Source of the DNA: Polyangiales bacterium
Lineage (GTDB): Bacteria > Myxococcota_A > Polyangia > Polyangiales > Ga0077539
Reading direction: 5' to 3'
Assembly: GCA_044376155.1 (NCBI GenBank)
Contig: JBILLI010000002.1
Coordinates: 1 to 51,465 of the forward strand
DNA: 51,465 nt
Positions 1-8,193 of this stretch are shown piece after piece (the stretch's first letter is position 1; every line of letters starts with the position of its first letter). A program made the translations under genes and the position numbers. Under the pieces are notes generated by a model. It worked only from the letters and a program-made list of their open reading frames with translations. It was not told the origin of the DNA and did no database searches.

Positions 1-199
1 CCGCATGAACAGCTCCGAACTGACAGGAAGGTCACGTTCGACGCGACGATCCCGCCAATGAAATTTCGTTCCCCGCGAGGCGCAGCACACGTGAGCCCAA
101 GACGCTGGTCAAGCCCCCCATCTGACAAACGCCATGTGCAAGATCCGGCGCCGCCCGGGCACGGAGCGCTGCGATCGAGGGATTGATCGACGGATCAGC

Positions 200-364
200 G
201 GTCCAGTTGCGCATGCGCGGGGCTGGAATCTGTAAGTACCGGAGTCTGTAAGTTGCGGAGTCTGTAAGTCGCGGAGTAGCCATCCCCACCTGCGCGGGGG
301 CCTGCAGCGAGAAGTCCCCGATTGAGCGCGCGACGGGTCCATCCCCGGCTGCGCGTGGGGGCGT
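200..364 (-). repeat. Three degenerate copies of a ~29-nt palindromic repeat resembling the type I-E CRISPR repeat core. Possibly a decayed mini-array; there are no cas genes in the window.
   Basis: Plus-strand copies lie at 200-226 (GGTCCAGTTGCGCATGCGCGGGGCTGG), 276-304 (GTAGCCATCCCCACCTGCGCGGGGGCCTG) and 335-364 (GGGTCCATCCCCGGCTGCGCGTGGGGGCGT). The core ATCCCC-N4-GCGCGGGG has the same layout as the reverse complement of the E. coli I-E repeat core (ATCCCC GCTG GCGCGGGG). Copies 2 and 3 are 59 bp apart, close to the 61-bp I-E period. Copy 1 is the most degenerate. Confidence 0.25.
225..278. repeat. Tandem 16-bp repeat, 3 full units plus a partial unit (GGAGTCTGTAAGTNGC).
   Basis: Units are 225-240 GGAATCTGTAAGTACC, 241-256 GGAGTCTGTAAGTTGC and 257-272 GGAGTCTGTAAGTCGC, with a partial GGAGTA at 273-278. 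The repeat sits in a locally AT-richer stretch. Confidence 0.9.
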
Positions 365-449
365 CCCGAAGACTGCAACTCCAGCGCGGACATATCTTGT
401 CCGGACTCGCGTGCTTTACGAATCGCGGGGGGCGCGGCACGGTGACGCC

Positions 450-1046
450 ATGACCCGCGCACCTGCGCACCTCCCCGCGTTGGGGCACGACGACATCGTG
501 ATGCTCCACGACCTGAGCTGGGCGCAGCACGAGGCACTGCGGGCGATGCGTGGTGATCGCTCGATCCCGCGCATCGCGTTCCTCGATGGAGAGCTGGAAC
601 TCACGCGCCCGAGTCGCAACCACGAGGCGATCAAGTCGCAGCTCGGACGACTGCTCGAAGCGTGGGCCGAAGAGCGCGGCGTCGACCTGCAGTCGTACGG
701 CTCGTGGACGCTGGAGGGCGCGGCCGCACAGCGCGCCGTGGAGCCCGACGAGCGTTACGTCGTCGGCGCCCAGCCCCGAGACGTCCCCGACCTCGCCATC
801 GAGGTGGTGTGGACCTCGGGCGGCGTCGACAAGCTCGCGATCTATGCGTCCCTGGGGGTCGGTGAGGTCTGGGTCTGGCAGGCCGGGGCTCTCTCGGTGC
901 ACGTTCTTCGCGACGGCGCGTACCTGCGCGCCCCTCGCAGCGCGCTGCTCCCGGCGCTCGACCTCGACGACCTGCTGCGCTTCGTGGAGGTCCCCAACCA
1001 GTCGGCCGCGGTGCGGGCCTGGCGGGGATTGCTCCGCGGGGTGTGA
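450..1046 (+). CDS. Uma2-family (DUF820) putative restriction-endonuclease-like protein.
   Basis: The ORF is 411..1046, and the ATG at 450 gives about 198 aa. The layout is typical of Uma2: FLDGELELTRPSRNHE, then PDERYVV, then PDLAIEVVWTSGG...K, then Y..LGVGEVWVW. The alternative GTG start at 411 cannot be excluded. Confidence 0.7.
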   Translation: MTRAPAHLPALGHDDIVMLHDLSWAQHEALRAMRGDRSIPRIAFLDGELELTRPSRNHEAIKSQLGRLLEAWAEERGVDLQSYGSWTLEGAAAQRAVEPDERYVVGAQPRDVPDLAIEVVWTSGGVDKLAIYASLGVGEVWVWQAGALSVHVLRDGAYLRAPRSALLPALDLDDLLRFVEVPNQSAAVRAWRGLLRGV

Positions 1047-1059
1047 GCGCCCCCAGCGG

Positions 1060-2934
1060 CTACGGCCGGCGCAGCAACGTCGTCGCGCGCGACACAAGCT
1101 GGAGGTCCCGCGGGGTGCCGAGCCGAGGATCATCGGCCAGCGCGGATACGTACAGCCGCGCGCACGCCAACACCTGCGCGAGCTCGTCGGGTGTGGCCTC
1201 GCGATGCGTTGCGGACCACCGCTCCGTCAGCCGCGCCGCGAGCCACGCGGCCTCGTCGGCGGTGCGCGGATCGGCGTCCCCCAGCAGCCGCGGGGTGGTG
1301 AGGAGCTGGTACGCCCGGAGGTTGTTGCGCGCCGACTCCGTCGCGGCGTCGGAGGGCGGGCGTGTGCTCACCGCACCGAGGTGCTCGGTGAGCTCGCGAC
1401 GCTCGGTCTCCAGCGCGCCGCGCACCATGTCGCGCAGGGCGTAGACCGCGAAGGCCGTCGACGCGCGCGGGGCCACGCGGTCGCCCACGAACATCCCCAT
1501 GCGCAGCCAGCGCGGTGGCCCCTTCTCGACGTGCTCCCTGAGCTCCGCGGTGCGCGCGCGGAGCCCTTCGAGCGTGGCCACGGGCATGGGCGTGCGCGCC
1601 GAGGCGGCCGCGTTCAGCGCGGTGGTGAAATCGGTCAGCAGCGCCCGGTTGGCCTGGTACGCGGTGAGCGCGAGCGCCGCGGTGAGCGCCGCGCCACACA
1701 GCAGCGGGGCCGCGAGCAGCAGCCGCTGGTGCAGCCGTCGCCGCAGCTCCGCGGCCGAGGGCACCGCGAGGTTGGCGTCGCCCGCGACGTGCGTGGAGAG
1801 CACCTCGCGCAGGAAGTATCCGCGGCCCGACTGCGCGCCCGTGCCCGCGTGGTAGCCCCGGGCCTCGGCCGCGCTGGTGAACCACACGCCCCGCGCGAGC
1901 AGCGCGTCTTGGAAGCGGTTCTGCGCGAAGAGTGTCGCCGCGACCTGCAACAGGTTCGGGCGAAAGGCCGCGAACCACAGCGGGAACTGGAACGCCGCGA
2001 GGCGAGACTCCAGCGGGTCGCGCACGTTCGCGCGGCGCACGCTGCGCTGCGAGAGCACGCGGAGGATGTGCTGAAGCTCCGCGGTGATCCGCTCGATGGC
2101 GGGGGTGGCCGCGCCGCCCAGCGGGAGGGTGAAGCCCCACACCTGCGCGCGCTCGGCCTCACGCACGTCGGCGAAGAACTCCGCGAAGCCCGGGATCATG
2201 TCGCAGCGGGTCACCAGGAGATGCACCGGCACGTCCACCCCGAGCAGGCCACTCACCTCGTCGAGCCGCTCGCGCAGCCGACGGGACCAGCCGTCGAGGT
2301 CCTCGGGACGTCCGTTGGCGAGCATGTCGGCCGACACCGTGACCACCACACCATGCACCGGCTGCGCGGGCCGCAGGGACTCCAGGGTGCGCAGCAGCGT
2401 GAGCCACTCGGCGTGCCCCGCCTCACCCGCGACGTGCGCGCCCGCAGTGTCGATGAACGCGGCCCGGTCGGTGAGCCACCAGCGCACCGAGCGCGGTCCC
2501 TGCGCGCCGGTGGGCGGGGTGACGTAGCCGAAGGGAATCCCCGAGCTCGCGAGCATCGTGCTGCGGCCCGAGCCGGGTACGCCCATCACGAGGATCCACG
2601 GCAGCGCGTCGAGGGCCTCGCGCGCGGACTTCCCGGGGAGCGCGCCGGTGAGCCGCGCCACGGCCTCGCGACAGTCGTCTTCAACCGACTGGGCCGCGCG
2701 TTGTTGCGCGTGGGAGAGGGTGCGCAGGCGCGACTGCAGCGCGTCGCTCAGCGCCACCCGCCGCGACTCCGCGCTGCCCGCGGTGTGCCGACGCTCATAG
2801 ACCGCCGCGAAGCCCACCACCGCGAGGGTGACCGCGCCGGCGACGAGCGCCGAGAGGGTCGTCCAGGGTAGGAGGCTGACGCCCAGCCAGAGGAAGGCGA
2901 GCACCGTCGCGGCGATGAGCCGAGTTGCACGCAT
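1060..2934 (-). CDS. TssM/IcmF N-terminal-domain-like P-loop NTPase membrane protein (short, orphan).
   Basis: It lies in ORF 1060..3249. The ATG at 2934 (MRATRLIAATVLAFLWLG) is chosen because the region further upstream overlaps the acyl-CoA dehydrogenase gene. The motifs are GVPGSGRST (Walker A), WWLTDRAAFIDTAG, VHLLVTRCDMIPGFAEFF and QVWGFTLP, as in TssM/IcmF. There are two N-terminal TM helices and a third (LLLAAPLLCGAALTAALALTAY). At 624 aa it is about half the length of a canonical TssM. Confidence 0.7.
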   Translation of the reverse strand: MRATRLIAATVLAFLWLGVSLLPWTTLSALVAGAVTLAVVGFAAVYERRHTAGSAESRRVALSDALQSRLRTLSHAQQRAAQSVEDDCREAVARLTGALPGKSAREALDALPWILVMGVPGSGRSTMLASSGIPFGYVTPPTGAQGPRSVRWWLTDRAAFIDTAGAHVAGEAGHAEWLTLLRTLESLRPAQPVHGVVVTVSADMLANGRPEDLDGWSRRLRERLDEVSGLLGVDVPVHLLVTRCDMIPGFAEFFADVREAERAQVWGFTLPLGGAATPAIERITAELQHILRVLSQRSVRRANVRDPLESRLAAFQFPLWFAAFRPNLLQVAATLFAQNRFQDALLARGVWFTSAAEARGYHAGTGAQSGRGYFLREVLSTHVAGDANLAVPSAAELRRRLHQRLLLAAPLLCGAALTAALALTAYQANRALLTDFTTALNAAASARTPMPVATLEGLRARTAELREHVEKGPPRWLRMGMFVGDRVAPRASTAFAVYALRDMVRGALETERRELTEHLGAVSTRPPSDAATESARNNLRAYQLLTTPRLLGDADPRTADEAAWLAARLTERWSATHREATPDELAQVLACARLYVSALADDPRLGTPRDLQLVSRATTLLRRP

Positions 2935-2948
2935 GTCGGGCGGAGATC

Positions 2949-4067
2949 CTAACAATCCCCCGCGCGGGGCGCCGAGGATTCCGCGCGGTGCAGCGCCGCC
3001 GCGGTGCGGGCCTCGGGGGCGTCTTCGATCTCGCACATCCGCGCGTCGCGCAGCGCGCGCTCCACAGGGAACTCCCGGGTGTAGCCGTACCCACCGTGCA
3101 CCTGCAGCGCGCGGTGACACGCCCGCGTCGCCGCCGGCCCCGCGGTGCGTCGGGCCATGGTCGCATCCCCCGCGTCCCCCGTGAGCGCGGCCTGTTCCAC
3201 CAGCATGCGCGCGGCGTCGAGCTCGGTGCGGCTGTCGGCGAGCATCCACTGGATCGCCTGCAGGTCCCCGATGGGCTTGCCGAACTGCCGTCGGTCGCGC
3301 GCGTACGACACCGCCGCCGCCAACGCCCCCTCGCCCACGCCCAGCGCGATCGCCGCGACCCCAAGGTCATGCAGGGCGCGCGCAGGCGCGAGCACCGCGT
3401 CGGCCTCCCCCACGGGACCAAGCCGCTGCAGGTCCATCACCGTGAGGTCTTCGAGGCACAGCGTGTCGTGGGTGCACGCGCGGAGCCCGAGGGTGTGCGT
3501 GCGGGCGGTCCACACCGCGCCGGGCGCGCGGGTGGGGAGCAGAAAGGCCGTCGGTCCCTCGGGCGTCGTCGCGCGGCAGAGCACGTGCGTCGCGAGGCGC
3601 CCCAGCGGGAGCGCCGCGAGCTCACCGCGAAGCACCCACTGTTCGCCCGATCGCGTTGCGGCGCAGAGGGTCTGGTCTGCCCCAAGGGCGCCCAGGGTGT
3701 GGGTCACCCGAGCCTCGCCAGAGGCCACGCCGCCGAGGAAGCCGTCGCGCAGGAGGTCGCCGAGGTGGTCACGAATCGCGGGGACACACGGTCCCGCGAC
3801 GGTCGCGAGGGCCCACGCCGCGGCGCCGTCGTGGCGCGCGACGGTCTCGAGCGTGGCCGCGAGGGTGAGGGCGTCGAGGCCAAGGCCTCCCTGCGCCTCG
3901 GGCACCAGCACCGCGCAGAGCCCGAGCTCGGCGAAGCCCTGCAGGAGGGTCTCGGGGAGCATCGCCGCCTCGTCCCACCGCCGCGCCTCGGGGGCCACCG
4001 CGCGCGCGCAGAACTCCCGCACGCTCTGAAGAATCGCCGTCACGCTCTCGGGGGTCTCGAAGTTCAT
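2949..4067 (-). CDS. Acyl-CoA dehydrogenase family protein.
   Basis: 372 aa. The C-terminal signature LQVHGGYGYTREFPVERALRDARMCEIE and RRQFGKPIGDLQAIQWMLAD are typical of the ACAD fold. GC3 bias is high in this frame. Confidence 0.88.
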   Translation of the reverse strand: MNFETPESVTAILQSVREFCARAVAPEARRWDEAAMLPETLLQGFAELGLCAVLVPEAQGGLGLDALTLAATLETVARHDGAAAWALATVAGPCVPAIRDHLGDLLRDGFLGGVASGEARVTHTLGALGADQTLCAATRSGEQWVLRGELAALPLGRLATHVLCRATTPEGPTAFLLPTRAPGAVWTARTHTLGLRACTHDTLCLEDLTVMDLQRLGPVGEADAVLAPARALHDLGVAAIALGVGEGALAAAVSYARDRRQFGKPIGDLQAIQWMLADSRTELDAARMLVEQAALTGDAGDATMARRTAGPAATRACHRALQVHGGYGYTREFPVERALRDARMCEIEDAPEARTAAALHRAESSAPRAGDC

Positions 4068-4104
4068 GGGGGTCGCGGATGGAATCCGACACCGCGGGCC
4101 GCGG

Positions 4105-6791
4105 TCAAGCGCCGAGGTGTGCGCGCAGCGCCTCGGCGGTGCGAGAGCCCGGAACGCCCTGCAGCCCCGCGACGCCGCCCTGCCAGAGGAGCGTTCCGCC
4201 GTCAGGGCCCGCGCCCGGACCGAGGTCGATGACGTGGTCCGCGAGGGCGATCACCGCGGGGTCGTGCTCGATGATCACCACCGTCGCGCCGTCGTCGACG
4301 AGCCCGCCGAGCAGGTGCATCACGGCCTCGACGTCGCTCCGGTGGAGCCCCGCCGTGGGCTCATCAAGCACGTAGAGGGTGCCCGCGGTGGTGCGCCGCA
4401 CGAGCTCCCGCGCGAGCCGCACCCGCTGCGCCTCGCCCCCCGAGAGCGTCGCCGAGGGCTGCGCCAGCCGGAGGTAGCCCACCCCCACGTCGTGCAGCGC
4501 CCGCAGCGGCGCGCGGATCTTGGGGTGCGCCTCGAACTGCGCCAGCGCCGCGTCGACGGTGAGGTCGAGCACGTCGGCGATGGACATCCCCCGCCAGGTC
4601 ACCGCGAGCGTCTCGGGCTCGTAGCGCCTGCCCCCGCAGGCGTCACACGGGAGCGTGACGTCGGCGAGGAACTCCATCGCGACCCGCAGCACGCCGTCGC
4701 CGCGGCAGCGCTCGCAGCGCCCCCCGCGGGCGTTGTAGCTGAACCGCGCCGCGCGGTAGCCCCGGGCCTTCGCCTCGGGCAGCGCCGCGAAGAGGTCCCG
4801 CAGCGGGTCGAGCACGCCGAGCAGCGTCGCCGGCGTGGAGCGCGCGCTGCGGCCGAGGGGCGAGGCATCGAGCGCGACGAGTCGCTGCACCGCCGATGCG
4901 CCGTCGAGGCCGAGGGTCTCCCCCCGCGCGCCCGCGATCACCGCCCGCACCGCGGGCACCAGCGCGCCGAGCACCAGCGAGCTCTTGCCGCTGCCCGAGA
5001 CCCCCGTGACGACGGTGAGCGCGCCCAGCGGGAAGCGCGCGGTGACCCCGCGGAGGTTGTGCGTGCGCGCGTCGCGCAGCGTGAGCGACGGAGCCGCCGC
5101 GCGCCCGAGAGCCACGGGCCCGTCACCGACCGGGGCGCGGCGAGGATGTCCTCGACGGTCCCCTGCGCGAGCACCTCGCCGCCGAGGGGACCTGCGCCCG
5201 GGCCCATGTCCACCACGTGCGCCGCGGCGCGCACGGTGTCGAGGTCGTGCTCCACCACCACCACCGCGTTGCCCGCGCGCACCAGTGCGTGCAGGGCCTC
5301 GCGGAGCCGCGCGCGGTCGGTGGGATGTAGCCCCCGGCACGGCTCGTCGAGCACGTAGAGCACCCCGCTGAGCCCGCCGCCGAGCTGCGTGGCGAGGCGC
5401 ACGCGCTGCCCCTCCCCCGTCGACAAGCTCGGCGCGGCGCGGGCCAGCGTGAGGTACCCGACGCCCACGTGCGTGAGGTAGTCCAGTCGCACCAGGATCT
5501 CGGTGAGCACCCGCGCGGCGACCTCGGCGTGCCTCCGCGGCACCTGCACCGCGCGGAGCTGCTCCCGGAGCTCCGACAGGGGCACCTGCGAGAGGTCGGC
5601 GAGGTTCGCGCCCGCGATGCGCACGCAGAGCGCCTCGGGACGCAGCCGCGCGCCCGCGCAGAGCGCACACGGTCGCGCCGCCTCGAAGCGCCCGGGGGGC
5701 GACGGGTCGTCTTCGCCTTCGCCCGCGCGCAGGAGCGCGTCGATGCCGGGCCAGAGGTCGCCGTCGCCGAGGAGAAGCTCTTCGCGGGCGCGCGGGGGCA
5801 GCTCGTTCCAGGGCGCGTCGAGGTCCACGCCGAGGCTCGCGGCGTAGCGCGAGAGGGACTCGGGGAGCGACTTCTTCCACGAGGGCACGGCGCCGCCGCG
5901 GAGCGAGCGCGTCGGGTCCTTCACCCCGGTCTCGGTGTCGCGTTCCACCCCGAGGCCCACGCATCGCGCGCACTGCCCCGCGGGGCTGTTGAACGAGAAC
6001 AGCGACGGGGTGACGTCGGGCATCACCCGTCCGCAGCGCGCGCACGCAAACCGGGTCGTACGCACCCAGGTCTCACCACCATGCACCGCCACCGTGACGG
6101 TGCTGTTGCCGACGCGCAGCGCGAGCTCCACCGCGTCGAGGGTGCGGGCGCGGGCGTTGGCGCGCACCGCGATGCGGTCGACCACCACGTCGACGTCGTG
6201 CGGACGCGCGGGATCGAGGGGCGGGAGCTCGTCGAGGGCCACCACCTCGCCGTCGACGCGCACCCGCACGAATCCGTCGCGCTGCAACGTTTGCAACGGG
6301 CCGGTGAGGTCGCCGGTGTGCGCGCGCCGCCAGGGCGCGAGGATCATCACCCGCGTCCCCTCCCCCAGGCCCATGACCTCGTCGACGATCTCCGAGGGGG
6401 TGCGCGCCTCGACGGGCTCACCGCAGCCGGGGCACGACACCGCGCCGATGCGCGCGAGGAGCAGACGGAGGTGGTCGTCGACCTCGGTGATGGTCCCGAC
6501 CGTGCTGCGGGGCGAGCGCCCCACGGCGCCCTGCGAGACCGCGATGGCCGGGGAGAGCCCGTCGATGAGGTCGACGTCCGGGCGGGCCGCACCGCCCAGC
6601 GCACGCCGCGCCGACACGCTCAGCGATTCGATGTAGCGCCGCCGGCCCTCGGCGAAGAGGGTGTCGAAGGCCAGGGAGCTCTTGCCGCACCCCGAGGGCC
6701 CGGTGATCACCACGAGGGCATTGCGGGGGATGTCGAGGTCGAGGTTCTTGAGGTTGTGTACGCGCGCGCCGCGCACGCGGATCGGTTCCAT
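4105..6791 (-). pseudogene. uvrA: Excinuclease ABC subunit A (UvrA) paralog interrupted by one frameshift near 5085-5112. This is either a pseudogene or a sequencing error.
   Basis: The N-terminal half is in frame A (ATG 6791, MEPIRVRGARVHNLKNLDLDIPRNALVVITGPSGCGKSSLAFDTL, LSTGEGQRVRLA, LYVLDEPCRGLH). The C-terminal half is in frame B (LTLRDARTHNLRG...VTGVSGSGKSSL, LSGGEAQRVRLA, LYVLDEPTAGLH, stop at 4105). The span is 2687 nt, which is not divisible by 3. Frame A runs on to a stop at 4938 with no UvrA-like sequence. Confidence 0.8.
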
Positions 6792-6845
6792 CGCGACGCA
6801 GGGTGCCACGTCGAGACGACCGCGCGCATCGGAGAGGGCCGCGTT

Positions 6846-6859
6846 ACCGTCGCGACGGT
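6846..6859. promoter_or_regulatory. Perfect 14-bp palindrome ACCGTCGCGACGGT in a divergent intergenic region; candidate operator.
   Basis: The palindrome is seen directly at 6846-6859. It lies 30 bp upstream of the ATG at 6889, which has the RBS AAGGAG at 6879-6884, and 55 bp from the uvrA-like start at 6791. Confidence 0.3.
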
Positions 6860-6888
6860 GACGGCGTAGCCCCGTCTCAAGGAGCGAC

Positions 6889-8193
6889 ATGGCAGACGAG
6901 GTCCTGATCATCGGCAACGGCGTCGCGGGCGCCACGGCCGCGCTCACCGTGCGTGCGCGGAGCGACGCGCGGCTGACCCTGCTGAGCGCCGAGTCGCCCT
7001 ACTTTTTCTCGCGCACCGCGCTGATGTACGCGCTCATGAACCGCATGACCCGGCGCGACCTCGAGCCCTTCGAGCGGGCGAGCTGGTCGGCCAAGGGCAT
7101 CGCGCGGGTGCAGGGGCGCGCGACGGACCTCGACGCCAACGCGCGCACGGTGACCCTCGACGACGGGCAGGTGCTGCGCTGGGACAAGCTCCTGCTCGCC
7201 ACGGGGTCGGTCCCGCGGCGGCTCCCGGTGGAGGGCACCGACCGCGCGCAGGGCGTCGTGGGCTTCGTCTCGATGCAGGACCTCGACGCGTGCGAGCGCT
7301 GGATCCCATCGACCCGCGAGGCCGTGGTCATCGGCGGCGGGCTCATCGGGGTGGAGCTCGTGGAGTGCCTGCTGCACCACGGCGTGAAGACCACCTTCCT
7401 GGTGCGCGAGCCCTGGTACTGGCCCGCGGCGCTCTGCGAGGAGGAGGGCGCGATGATCGCCGCGCACCTCCGCGCGCACGGGGTGGACCTGCGCCTCGGG
7501 GCGGAGGCGGAGCGCATCGAGGTCGACGCCGAGGGGCGCTGCGCGCGGGTGGTGCTGCGCGGGGGCGAGGTGGTCCCCGCCCAGCTCGTGGGGGGCTGCA
7601 TCGGGGTGGAGCCCGGGGTGCGCTGGCTGCACAAGGTGACCACGCCGCCCGCCCTCGCCCGCGGCGTGCGCGTCGACGAGACGCTGCGCACGTCGTTGCC
7701 GGGGGTGTGGTCCGCGGGGGACTGTGCGGAGTTTGATGTGCCCGGCGGCGGCACGAAGCTCGAGACCATCTGGTATTCGGCGAAGCGGCAGGGCGCGCTC
7801 GCGGGAGAGAACATGAGCGGCAAGCCTCACGCCTACCGTCCCCCGACCTTCTTCAACAGCGCGAAGTTCTTCGAGATTGAGTACACCACCGCGGGCGACC
7901 TGCTCGACCTCCCGTCGCACGCGCAGAGCGTCTACCGCCGCCACCCCGCGCGGGCGATCAGCCAGCGCATCGCGCACGTCGACGGCCGCGTCGTGGGCTT
8001 CAACATGCTCGGCTCGCGGTGGGACCACGCCGCCCTCACCCGCTGGATCGACGAGGAGCGTCGCCTGGACTGGGTCCTCGCGCACCTCGCGGAGGCGCAG
8101 TTCGACGTGGAGTTCGGCCGCGCGCCGCTGGGGGCCTTCGACGCGCGCCCGCTCGCCGTCGTGGGCCGCGCGCAGTCCGCGAGGTCCGCGTGA
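6889..8193 (+). CDS. NAD(P)/FAD-dependent pyridine-nucleotide-disulfide-type oxidoreductase.
   Basis: 434 aa. It has an N-terminal Rossmann motif VLIIGNGVAGATAA, a second dinucleotide fold AVVIGGGLIGVELVE, and GVWSAGDCAE near the C-terminus. There is a good AAGGAG RBS. Confidence 0.85.
   Translation: MADEVLIIGNGVAGATAALTVRARSDARLTLLSAESPYFFSRTALMYALMNRMTRRDLEPFERASWSAKGIARVQGRATDLDANARTVTLDDGQVLRWDKLLLATGSVPRRLPVEGTDRAQGVVGFVSMQDLDACERWIPSTREAVVIGGGLIGVELVECLLHHGVKTTFLVREPWYWPAALCEEEGAMIAAHLRAHGVDLRLGAEAERIEVDAEGRCARVVLRGGEVVPAQLVGGCIGVEPGVRWLHKVTTPPALARGVRVDETLRTSLPGVWSAGDCAEFDVPGGGTKLETIWYSAKRQGALAGENMSGKPHAYRPPTFFNSAKFFEIEYTTAGDLLDLPSHAQSVYRRHPARAISQRIAHVDGRVVGFNMLGSRWDHAALTRWIDEERRLDWVLAHLAEAQFDVEFGRAPLGAFDARPLAVVGRAQSARSA

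Noticed and set aside
1-199. A gene fragment entering from the left edge.
   Set aside because: All three plus-strand frames hit stops within about 185 nt and give uninformative translations. The minus-strand ORFs listed here (32..289, 109..537, 195..1133) are Arg/Pro-rich with no motif. The region has lower GC than coding sequence elsewhere, so I treat it as intergenic.
550-2871. 773-aa plus-strand ORF.
   Set aside because: It is out of frame with the Uma2 gene and antisense to the TssM-like gene. Its composition is Arg/Ala/Gly-dominated and it has no motifs.
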